Notes under the pieces: model-generated | Told to the model about the DNA's origin: nothing | The model's input: the letters and a program-made list of their open reading frames with translations, nothing else | Databases searched by the model: none | Position numbers and translations under genes: made by a program | NCBI GenBank assembly: GCA_016840855.1 | Contig: JAEORO010000066.1 | Span: forward strand, 1 to 23,966 | Length of the DNA stretch: 23,966 bases | Direction: 5' to 3' | From: Candidatus Thorarchaeota archaeon | GTDB taxonomy: Archaea; Asgardarchaeota; Thorarchaeia; Thorarchaeales; Thorarchaeaceae | Shown here: positions 15,955-23,966 of the stretch, one piece after another | Layout of the letters: each line of letters opens with the position of its first letter | How positions within the stretch are numbered: the first letter of the stretch is position 1

Positions 15955-17136
15955 CTATCTTCTACTTCTGATTACTAATGCAGCTACAACTATAACACCT
16001 GTCGAAACCACGCCAATAAGTAGGTAGGGGATGTCTGGTTGATTTTCGCTTGGATAAATATTCGTCACTGCTCCAAGTATTCCATCACTTACCAACCAGT
16101 CATACTCGTTGGGACCATCATCATTGTCAGAGGAAAAAACAACCACAATGTCATATTCCGGAATCACATAGATGAATTGACCATTATATCCCCTGGCAGA
16201 GTACCACTCATGCGTATCATCAAGCCACCATTGATATCCATAACTGATTCCTGAATATGGCGTTGATGGACCATGGCAGGAGCTATAGACCCAGTCTGAC
16301 GATACTACTTGTTGACTATCCCAAGTTCCGTTGTTTAGAAATAAGAGTCCAAACTTCGCCATGTCGCGTGGTCGTAGAGCAAGACTTGAACCTCCAAAAT
16401 TAACTCCTTGGGGGTCTGTCAACCACAATCTGGTTGTTATACCTAAGGGACCAAAAAGGTACTGATCTGCAAATGCAAGTGGAGTCATACCTGTGGTCAC
16501 ATTGATGATCGTTGCTAGGAGATGAGAGTTTCCGCTATTGTAATAAAATGATGAGCTTGGTTCGTGCGCCATTGGGCGATCAAGAACATACTGTGCCCAG
16601 TCTTCCGAGTCCCTCATTGCAAAGAAGTCATTGTACTCATAGTAGTTATCCTCATTCCACTCAAAACCTGACCTCATTTGCAATACATCTTCAAGTGTAA
16701 TTGCCTCTTTCCACGCACTAAGGTTTGCAATTGTTCGATCTGGAAAGAAGTCAAGCAGCAGTTGATTTGTGTTATCAATAAAACCGTGATCGATAGCAAT
16801 TCCAATCAAAGAAGAAACTACACTCTTTGTGACTGAGTAGAGAATGTGAGTATCATTCACATCATAGAGCATTGGTATGAAATATTCCTCTGAAACAAGA
16901 TATCCGTACCTAACAACTAGAAGACTCCGGATGCTAGCACCTGAATTTCTTACATGCGTATAAACTTCTTCAAGGACCGAGGAATCCATCCCCTGATCCT
17001 CAGGAGCTGAGAGTGCCCACCCCTCTGTTGGCCATACAGCAACTGGTCTGTCTGTTTGCCCATTGGTAGGCGTTGCATGAACGAACATGGACAGTATAAG
17101 AATCACGAGTACTGTTTTCAAATTCCTTGACTGCAT
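15955..17136 (-). CDS. Secreted, C-terminally anchored serine hydrolase of the class C beta-lactamase / family VIII esterase type
   Basis: Signal peptide, catalytic SxxK (SVTK), tyrosine motif FYYNSGN, LRPRDMAKFGLLFLNNGTW, YGYQWW, ARGYNGQ, and a C-terminal TM helix followed by RSRR. Confidence 0.9.
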   Translation of the reverse strand: MQSRNLKTVLVILILSMFVHATPTNGQTDRPVAVWPTEGWALSAPEDQGMDSSVLEEVYTHVRNSGASIRSLLVVRYGYLVSEEYFIPMLYDVNDTHILYSVTKSVVSSLIGIAIDHGFIDNTNQLLLDFFPDRTIANLSAWKEAITLEDVLQMRSGFEWNEDNYYEYNDFFAMRDSEDWAQYVLDRPMAHEPSSSFYYNSGNSHLLATIINVTTGMTPLAFADQYLFGPLGITTRLWLTDPQGVNFGGSSLALRPRDMAKFGLLFLNNGTWDSQQVVSSDWVYSSCHGPSTPYSGISYGYQWWLDDTHEWYSARGYNGQFIYVIPEYDIVVVFSSDNDDGPNEYDWLVSDGILGAVTNIYPSENQPDIPYLLIGVVSTGVIVVAALVIRSRR

Positions 17137-17220
17137 AAATCAAAGTGTTTCCATAGTAAATTAAGTCTGATAGTCAAAGCAATCGTTCAACTTTGCCGTA
17201 GAGCTTCTTTTATCAAGGTG

Positions 17221-17227
17221 TTATATA
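17221..17227 (+). promoter_or_regulatory. Candidate TATA box for fhs-folD
   Basis: TTATATA about 40 nt upstream of the fhs GTG start, in a divergent intergenic region. Confidence 0.4.
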
Positions 17228-17267
17228 CCGTGAAAAATATTCGACAATTGCTAGGAAGAGTGAGATC

Positions 17268-18869
17268 GTGATTCCTGTATCTGATGTTGCAAAGAAGGCT
17301 GGGATTGATGAGAAATATCTAGAACACTATGGAAATTACATGGCGAAGATAGACCTAAACATCAGAAAGAATCTGGGAAAAAGGAAGGGCAAGCTTATTC
17401 TTGTAACTGCAACAACTCCAACTCCAGCTGGTGAAGGAAAGACAACCAACTCTATTGGACTTTCAATGGCACTTAATGCCTTGGGAAAGAATGCTGTGGT
17501 GGCATTAAGGCAACCATCCTTGGGTCCCGTCTTTGGTATTAAAGGAGGAGCCGCGGGTGGTGGCAAGTCCACAGTCGAGCCTTTTGAACAGATTAACCTG
17601 ATGTTCACTGGCGATTTTCCTGCTGTTTCAGCAGCAGGTAACCTCCTCTCAGCTATGATTGACAATTATATCCATCATGATCATCAACCTGAAATCGATG
17701 TGAGGCGAATCTATTGGCCACGAAACGTGGATATGAATGACCGTGCCTTGAGAAAGGTAATTGTCGGACTTGGGGGCCGGTTTGATGGATTTCCGCGCGA
17801 GGATAATTTTGTCATCACTTCAGCTTCAGAAGTAATGGCTGTCCTTGGATTATCAAAGGACTACGTAGATCTCAAGAAAAGACTAGGCGATATTTTGATT
17901 GCACGTTCTGAGCAGTCGAAGGAGATGTATGCAAGAGATGTAAAAGCTGAAGGTGCTATGGCAGTTATCTTGAGGGACGCGCTCAAACCAAACCTAGTGC
18001 AAACACAAGAAGGGACTCCTGCAATTATTCACACAGGACCATTTGCAAACATAGCACACGGTACTAGCTCAATAATTGGCACTGATATTGCTTTACGTCT
18101 GTTTGATTATGTAGTGATTGAGGCTGGTTTTGGTGCTGACTTAGGCGCTGAGAAATTTTTTAATATAGTCACTAGAGCCGGGGACTTCAATGTTGATGCA
18201 TGTGTTGTAATAACAACGATTCGCGCTTTGAAATATCACGGATTTGATAGACTTGAAGATGGTTTTTGCAATTTAGAAAAACACATGGAGAATATCAGCA
18301 GTTTTGGGGTGCCTGCTGTTATAGCTCTCAACCGATTTCCAGATGACACACAGGAGGAGATAGATCAACTTCGAAAATTCTGTGATGAGAAAGGCTGGAA
18401 AATGGAAGTTTCAGAGGTATATACGAAGGGTAGTGATGGAGGAAAGGCACTAGCTCAAACAGTGCTTGGAACAATAACGACCAAGGGTACTAAGCGAATA
18501 ACGTACACCTACGATTTGGAAGACCCGATAAAGACAAAGATTTTGAAAGTCGCACAGAAAATCTATGGTGCCAAGGATGTTCTATATACCACCACAGCTC
18601 GGGGGACCATCAGGTCTCTTGAGAGAAGAGAATATGGAAATCTTCCAATTTGTATAGCAAAAACCCAATTCAGTCTATCAGACTCAAAGAGCTTGAGAGG
18701 AAGGCCCTCAGGATTTGAAGTGGAAGTTACCAGTGCCAATGTCAGTAGTGGTGCTGGATTCATCGTTGTAAACATGGGCGATATTAATCTCATGCCCGGT
18801 CTGCCTGAAGAACCGTCTGCTCATGGAATGGACATAGATGCAGATGGGAATATTAGTGGAGTATTCTAA
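17268..18869 (+). CDS. fhs: Formate--tetrahydrofolate ligase
   Basis: Motifs PTPAGEGKTT, LRQPSLGPVFGIKGGAAGGG, GPFANIAHG, EAGFGADLGAEKF, CIAKTQFSLSD and MPGLP. Confidence 0.97.
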   Translation: MIPVSDVAKKAGIDEKYLEHYGNYMAKIDLNIRKNLGKRKGKLILVTATTPTPAGEGKTTNSIGLSMALNALGKNAVVALRQPSLGPVFGIKGGAAGGGKSTVEPFEQINLMFTGDFPAVSAAGNLLSAMIDNYIHHDHQPEIDVRRIYWPRNVDMNDRALRKVIVGLGGRFDGFPREDNFVITSASEVMAVLGLSKDYVDLKKRLGDILIARSEQSKEMYARDVKAEGAMAVILRDALKPNLVQTQEGTPAIIHTGPFANIAHGTSSIIGTDIALRLFDYVVIEAGFGADLGAEKFFNIVTRAGDFNVDACVVITTIRALKYHGFDRLEDGFCNLEKHMENISSFGVPAVIALNRFPDDTQEEIDQLRKFCDEKGWKMEVSEVYTKGSDGGKALAQTVLGTITTKGTKRITYTYDLEDPIKTKILKVAQKIYGAKDVLYTTTARGTIRSLERREYGNLPICIAKTQFSLSDSKSLRGRPSGFEVEVTSANVSSGAGFIVVNMGDINLMPGLPEEPSAHGMDIDADGNISGVF

Positions 18870-18880
18870 GAGGTGATTTC

Positions 18881-19765
18881 ATGTCAGACGACGATCTAAA
18901 ACCGATCTGCGAAGACCACGAACTAAAGGGTCGTCGGTTATCACATCGGATAAGAACTGAGGTGGAGAACGAAGTCACAGAACTCGTTGCTCAACATAGA
19001 ATTTCCCCAAAGATTGCAACAGTGATTGTCGGGGAAGACCCTGGTTCGCAGATGTATATCAGAATGAAACACAAGGCATCAAACAAAGCTGGCATCCTTT
19101 CAGACCATCATGATCTCCCTGAAACAACAAGTCAGGAGGAACTTCTTGAATTAATTAGGAAATTGAATAATGATTCTTCAGTCCATGGAATTCTAGTACA
19201 ACTTCCCCTGCCCAAACACATCGACGAAAAAACAATCATTGCAGCTATTAATCCTTTGAAAGATGTCGATGGGTTTTCCCCTGCAAATGTTTATCGTCTA
19301 TTCTATGGGGGCGAAGACCTTAGTGCAGCCACACCTCATGGAATTGTCACCATGCTAGACAGGATAGGTTGGAATGACCTCTCTGGTAAACATGCTGTAA
19401 TTATCAATCGGTCAACAATTGTGGGGAAACCTTTGATTATGCTTCTACTGAACAGAAACGCTACAGTCACAGTCTGTCATTCAAGAACTAAGGATTTGCC
19501 ATCTTTCACAAGACAAGCTGATGTCCTAATTAGTGCAATAGGTCGACGCACAAACGAATCCGATCCATTTTTCATCACAGCGGACATGGTCAAAGACGGT
19601 GCTGTTGTTATTGATGTTGCCACACCTCTTGGAGATGTTGATTTCGAGAGTGTGAAGAACAAGACTTTGTGCGTGACTCCTGTCCCTGGAGGAGTAGGAC
19701 CCATGACAATAGCGATGCTCTTGAAGAATGTTATTGCAGCCTATAAAGCGCAAATAGTGCAGTAA
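18881..19765 (+). CDS. folD: Bifunctional methylene-THF dehydrogenase/methenyl-THF cyclohydrolase
   Basis: YxxxK (YIRMK), HGILVQLPLP, KDVDGF, RSTIVGKP, ATVTVCHSRT and TPVPGGVGPMT. SD GAGGTGA upstream. Confidence 0.97.
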   Translation: MSDDDLKPICEDHELKGRRLSHRIRTEVENEVTELVAQHRISPKIATVIVGEDPGSQMYIRMKHKASNKAGILSDHHDLPETTSQEELLELIRKLNNDSSVHGILVQLPLPKHIDEKTIIAAINPLKDVDGFSPANVYRLFYGGEDLSAATPHGIVTMLDRIGWNDLSGKHAVIINRSTIVGKPLIMLLLNRNATVTVCHSRTKDLPSFTRQADVLISAIGRRTNESDPFFITADMVKDGAVVIDVATPLGDVDFESVKNKTLCVTPVPGGVGPMTIAMLLKNVIAAYKAQIVQ

Positions 19766-19823
19766 AGAATCATTCCCAAACGCTTTTGTATATGGACTCC
19801 CCGAGCGGGCACGGGTGAATCTT

Positions 19824-21386
19824 GTGAAAGTTGTTGAGTGTGTGCCCAACTTTTCAGAAGGAAGAGACAAAAAAATTATCGACGCCTTGGCTGAAGCTAT
19901 TAAGAGCGTTGAGGGTGTTCGACTTCTGGATGTAGAGTTTGACCATGATCACAATCGGTCTGTCTTTACATTCATAGGTGGACCGCAACAGGTGAAGAAT
20001 GCAGCTCTAAAAGCATCAGAGCTTGCAGTTGAGAAAATTAACCTAACAAGACACAAGGGTGCACATCCAAGAATGGGGGCAGTTGATGTTGTGCCATTTA
20101 TTCCACTTCATGGAACTACAATAGGTGAGTGCATCGAGCTCTCAAAGGAATTCGCTAAGGAGTTCTCGGAAAAGTGTAAGGTGCCTGTCTTTCTCTACTC
20201 AAAGTCTGCGACACGCCGAGATCGAGTTGATTTACCCAACATCCGTGAAGGTGAATTCGAAGGTCTCAGTAAAGAGATTGGAACAAATTCCGAGAAAGAT
20301 CCTGATTATGGCCCAAGCAAAATACATCCAACAGCTGGTGCAACAGCCACAGGAGCTCGGAATTTCTTGATTGCAATCAATTTCAATCTGAACACGACTA
20401 ATGTTGAGGTTGCGAAAGTATGCGCTGATGCTGTGCGGGCAACTACCGGTGGCTTTACAAATGTTCAAGGAATCGGGCTGGATCTTCCTGCAAAGAATTG
20501 CGTGCAGGTCTCTCTAAACCTAACTCATCCCAAACGTACTAAGATTCACCAAGTGCTTGAGGTTGTACGAAACGAAGCGCGTAGGTTTGGTGCAACTGTT
20601 ATTGAAACTGAAATAGTTGGAATGGTGCCTCTTTTTGCACTTCTTGATGCCCTCAGGTATTATATCCAACCAGAAAAACTAGATGAATCAATGATTCTTG
20701 ATCTCTACTATCTTGGTGGTGGAGCTGACCCCACTCAAAAGACATTTACTGAGATGTCTATGATTGAATTTGGTAACGAAGTTCGTAGAGCTCGTGCGAC
20801 TCCAGGAGGAGGTAGCGTCGCTGCAGCTCTAGGTTCGTTTGGAGCTGGTTTAGTTTGTATGGTCACTGGTCTCTCGCTAACTGGACGAAAATTTGCAGGG
20901 ATTAAGGATGAGATGCTGGAACATCGACATGCGTGCGAATACGATCGAGGAGTCCTTATGGACCTAGTTGAGAAGGACTCCAAAGCATTTGATGTTGTAA
21001 TGGATGCGATGAGAGCTCCAGCAGAAACTGCAGCTGAAATAAAGAAAAAGGAATCCTCTATTGAGAAAGCTACCATCGAAGCTGCGAAGGTACCACTTAC
21101 AACAATGCAGCACTCATACAATGCTTTGGTTCATGCACGTGCAGCAGCTGACAAAGGAAACATAAACTCGATTACGGATGCAGGTGTAGCCACTTATGCG
21201 CTCATGGCAGCAATCGAAGGTGCTGCTCTGAATGTAAGAATAAATCTAGGAAATATTAAGGACAAGTCATTTGTCGAGAAAACTGAAAATGATGTAAAGA
21301 AACTCTTGACGAATGCCACTAAGCTCAAGACTGAAATCCTTGAGATTGTTGAAACTCGAATGGCAGAACTGGCAAATGCGGCCTAA
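19824..21386 (+). CDS. ftcd: Fused glutamate formimidoyltransferase / formimidoyl-THF cyclodeaminase
   Basis: N-terminal VECVPNFSEGR, DHNRSVFT, HPRMGAVDVVPFIP and HPTAGAT mark the transferase. C-terminal TPGGGSVAA, GNINSITDAGV and NVRINL mark the cyclodeaminase. GTG 19824 follows SD GGGTGA (ORF track start 19815). Confidence 0.95.
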   Translation: MKVVECVPNFSEGRDKKIIDALAEAIKSVEGVRLLDVEFDHDHNRSVFTFIGGPQQVKNAALKASELAVEKINLTRHKGAHPRMGAVDVVPFIPLHGTTIGECIELSKEFAKEFSEKCKVPVFLYSKSATRRDRVDLPNIREGEFEGLSKEIGTNSEKDPDYGPSKIHPTAGATATGARNFLIAINFNLNTTNVEVAKVCADAVRATTGGFTNVQGIGLDLPAKNCVQVSLNLTHPKRTKIHQVLEVVRNEARRFGATVIETEIVGMVPLFALLDALRYYIQPEKLDESMILDLYYLGGGADPTQKTFTEMSMIEFGNEVRRARATPGGGSVAAALGSFGAGLVCMVTGLSLTGRKFAGIKDEMLEHRHACEYDRGVLMDLVEKDSKAFDVVMDAMRAPAETAAEIKKKESSIEKATIEAAKVPLTTMQHSYNALVHARAAADKGNINSITDAGVATYALMAAIEGAALNVRINLGNIKDKSFVEKTENDVKKLLTNATKLKTEILEIVETRMAELANAA

Positions 21387-22486
21387 TTGACCATAACTAC
21401 CTCTGCTCCTTTAGCCACTTTCACGATATATGGAGTTCCACCAGCACTCTTTATCGAAGCAGCTACTTCATGTTCACATCCGACTGCATACGCCATCATT
21501 GATCCTCCACCTCCACTTCCATTAATCTTGCAACCCAATGCTCCTGCATCATAGGCTGCTTCAATTAACCTTTCAATTTTAGGTGTGGACCTCTCCAAGT
21601 CATCCCTCAAGATTTCATGATGCTCCCTTAACATCCTCCCAAGTTCATTACTGTCGGGTAATGGCGTACTCAACAGTTTAAGAGCTCTATGTGTGAGGTC
21701 TCTATTACGTATTGTCGCTAAAGCCATCCTTCTCTCTTTGCTCTGATTCATTTCGACTTTTTCATGGACTGTATTAACTGGTGTTAGTCTTCTATTGAAT
21801 GAACCTAAATCTCTACTAATCTCTCCATATTCCCTCTCTATTGTTGTTCTAATGTATCGGAGGTCTCCTACAGTGTTTCTCTTTTTCTCTCCCGAATCTC
21901 CTATAACGAACGTATCAAGCTCTGCTGGCAGTCTGTTAATCCTGTTTTCTACGGTATTAACATAAATCACTCCTCCAACTGATGATGCAAAATGGTCCAT
22001 TGTCCCACCACTTTCACCAAATTCAGCTACCTCTGCATCATATGCTCTTAGTGCGATTTCTTCAGGTGGTAAGTCTCTTCCAGTCATCTTAGTGATTGCT
22101 TTGATTCCTCCAACTGTCAGAGCGGAAGAACTAGAAAGCCCTGCAGCTAGGGGTATTGTTCCGCTCACTTCCATATCCCAACCATGTTTCAGAACAAACC
22201 CTTTTCTAGCCATCACATTGAAGGCGCTTCGAATGTAGTCTCTTTTCGTTCTATAACCAACCTCACCAATAATAGAGAATTCATCCCACTCTTTGAGATC
22301 CGTGTAATTCACAACAATCAACTCATCTTCTCTGGGTTGAGCTTCAATCTTTATCGTGACATCAATAGCTGCAGCAATAACATCCAATCCAAGGTAATCA
22401 CTATGTTCCCCAAAAAGACATACTCGCCCAGGAGCCCTCACACTAAATCCTGAACGATTATCTCGACCCAACAGTTTTGTCTCCAC
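21383..22486 (-). CDS. GHMP-family sugar kinase, galactokinase-like
   Basis: Motifs APGRVCLFGEHSDY, PLAAGLSSSSA, GGTMDH and GCKINGSGGGG. The exact start is uncertain. The stop overlaps the ftcd stop by 4 bp (convergent). Confidence 0.88.
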   Translation of the reverse strand: METKLLGRDNRSGFSVRAPGRVCLFGEHSDYLGLDVIAAAIDVTIKIEAQPREDELIVVNYTDLKEWDEFSIIGEVGYRTKRDYIRSAFNVMARKGFVLKHGWDMEVSGTIPLAAGLSSSSALTVGGIKAITKMTGRDLPPEEIALRAYDAEVAEFGESGGTMDHFASSVGGVIYVNTVENRINRLPAELDTFVIGDSGEKKRNTVGDLRYIRTTIEREYGEISRDLGSFNRRLTPVNTVHEKVEMNQSKERRMALATIRNRDLTHRALKLLSTPLPDSNELGRMLREHHEILRDDLERSTPKIERLIEAAYDAGALGCKINGSGGGGSMMAYAVGCEHEVAASIKSAGGTPYIVKVAKGAEVVMVN

Positions 22487-22605
22487 TCACTCTGAAATTC
22501 AATTCCCTCACACATCCTTATGGCTTCTTCTTGAGTAAGTCCAGAACCAACAAATGCGGAATCAAACTCATTATTGCGCATTTTATTCAGAAGGATTTCG
22601 ACTGC

Positions 22606-23700
22606 TTATTTCTGTTCAAAAGCTAGTTTTACAGCAGTTTCGATGTCTTTTGGCGTAATACCAGGCGACTCGATTTTGAATTTAGAATATGCTTCGTCCG
22701 CTTTTTTGAGAATATCTCCATTCTCAATTCTTGCGCCTACAAGTGACTTCTCAAGGTTAGATATCGCATCCATTGGGAGCATAAAGAAATCTCCGCTAAT
22801 GACAACATCATTTAGTTTTCCCTCTGTTTCCTCAGCAGTGATTCGTAAGAGACCGCCAGGAGCCTTGTAGTTTGAGGTGCCCACCCTCGTTGTGGCTGAA
22901 ATCCTAACAGTTCTCGCGTCTATCCTTCCACCTCGTCTCCAGTGTAACCACTCATCAGACATATACCATGGTTTGAGTTCGATTACTTTCTCAATCTCCC
23001 ATCTGTTAAACTTCCCAGGAATCAACTCGATGTCAAGTGTTTCTTCATAGAGTCGCAGAAGGTCCTCTTTGACCTCTACTCTATCGGGCATCGATCCTGT
23101 CAGCAATTGAATGGTGGACATACGCTCACGAAGACTTTGCGCAATCTTATCCCTGAACTTCTCATTAGGCACTCTCAGGACCTTCACCATCATATCAAAA
23201 TTGAAGTCAAATATCATATTTCCAACAAGAATTCTCGCATCGCCAATGTCCCCTGCACCATTCCCTGAGATCTTCTTATCATTAGCGATTATGTCGTTCA
23301 CTGGCTTGAACTCTGCAGGTACTCCAAGATTCCTATATGCTTGCACTGGGGCATCAAGGAACTTTACATAATAATCATCAATCCTTTTAGGTGTGGTAGG
23401 ACTGTCTTTCCGTCCAATCAATTGATAGAACATTTGACCATCATCTAGATAGACACCGCCACCACCCACAACTCGACGTGTGTAGAATATGTCATTTTCA
23501 TCACAAAACTTTGTATCAATGTCTGCCTCAATCTCTTGGAAATACCCGAGGCTAACAAGAGGTGTGGCTGGCCAGCAGATGATGAGTGTGTTTTCAGACT
23601 TCCCTTCAGTTATTCCTTGAGCAATCATATCATAGTTAATTTGAGTTTCAATAGGCATGATTGGACCCAGATCAAGAAGTCTCCAGCTCTCAAGTGTCAT
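22606..23700 (-). CDS. lplA: Lipoate--protein ligase A family protein with C-terminal domain
   Basis: Motifs SLGYFQ, RRVVGGGGVYLD, PVNDI and KKISGNGA, with C-terminal KAPGGLLR and ISGDFF. Confidence 0.9.
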   Translation of the reverse strand: MTLESWRLLDLGPIMPIETQINYDMIAQGITEGKSENTLIICWPATPLVSLGYFQEIEADIDTKFCDENDIFYTRRVVGGGGVYLDDGQMFYQLIGRKDSPTTPKRIDDYYVKFLDAPVQAYRNLGVPAEFKPVNDIIANDKKISGNGAGDIGDARILVGNMIFDFNFDMMVKVLRVPNEKFRDKIAQSLRERMSTIQLLTGSMPDRVEVKEDLLRLYEETLDIELIPGKFNRWEIEKVIELKPWYMSDEWLHWRRGGRIDARTVRISATTRVGTSNYKAPGGLLRITAEETEGKLNDVVISGDFFMLPMDAISNLEKSLVGARIENGDILKKADEAYSKFKIESPGITPKDIETAVKLAFEQK

Positions 23701-23804
23701 GACTCACTGCAAATTGTATTCTCTTATATTCGTTACCAAATGAAACTGAATATGTTTGGATGCTAAGGCATAAATGGCTCTCAGAGGAACAAATCTCGAT
23801 TTTG

Positions 23805-23966
23805 ATGATTGAAGCCATTGGTCTAAAGAAAATGTTCAGCGAGTTCACAGCTGTTGATGACCTTTCATTCCGTGTAAATCCTGGAGAGATCTATGGTTTG
23901 CTTGGACCAAATGGATCTGGGAAATCAACAACCATGCGTATGTTGCTTGGCTTGCTAAAGCCAACA
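23805..23966 (+). CDS. ABC transporter ATP-binding protein (ABC-2/multidrug type), 5' part, truncated by the window edge
   Basis: Reads [54 protein letters not shown], with Walker [10 protein letters not shown]. The frame is also open back to an ATG at 23760. Confidence 0.93.
   Translation, partial: MIEAIGLKKMFSEFTAVDDLSFRVNPGEIYGLLGPNGSGKSTTMRMLLGLLKPT

Noticed and set aside
17137-17267. THF or ZTP riboswitch upstream of fhs
   Set aside because: No recognisable consensus, and the TATA box lies only about 40 nt from the start, leaving no room.
216-23766. Numerous 60-137 aa ORFs in the track overlapping the long genes (e.g. 630..929, 3388..3780, 4360..4737, 4852..5265, 17336..17665, 20735..21121)
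   Set aside because: They are antisense or alternate-frame shadows of well-supported genes, with no motifs or independent signals.
1-23966. CRISPR arrays, tRNA/rRNA genes, IS elements, integrases, and in-frame stop recoding in the main genes
   Set aside because: No periodic repeats, cloverleaf signatures or transposase motifs were seen by eye, and the recognisable enzymes appear full length at their stops.

Overview
A ~24 kb gene-dense prokaryotic window that is most likely archaeal. It has GGTGA-type Shine-Dalgarno motifs, TATA-box promoters and frequent GTG/TTG starts. The gene mix (form IV RuBisCO-like protein, fhs-folD-ftcd, a giant alpha/alpha-barrel plus Ig surface protein) suggests an Asgard lineage such as Thorarchaeia, but that is inference only. 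The left third is the most unusual part. An AT-rich promoter and a ~100-nt leader rich in CATG and alternative hairpins precede a translationally coupled three-gene operon. The operon encodes a membrane protein resembling an M50/zincin-like peptidase without HExxH, a 76-aa orphan, and a 2295-aa secreted, C-terminally anchored protein (alpha/beta domain, prenyltransferase-like alpha/alpha barrels, about a dozen Ig-like domains). The rest is metabolic: a DUF5714-like Cys-rich protein, saccharopine-dehydrogenase-like oxidoreductase, FGGY kinase, PPOX-like protein, a second alpha/alpha-barrel protein, MscS, a RuBisCO-like protein, an anchored serine hydrolase, fhs-folD-ftcd, a galactokinase-like kinase, a lipoate-protein ligase and a truncated ABC ATPase. 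Items absent from the ORF track are a PIP-box-like C-terminus at the left edge, a decayed old-yellow-enzyme fragment at 14463-14558 and a possible 47-aa ORF between lplA and the GHMP kinase. No tRNA, rRNA, CRISPR array or mobile element was seen. All family calls come from motif recognition by eye, not database searches.
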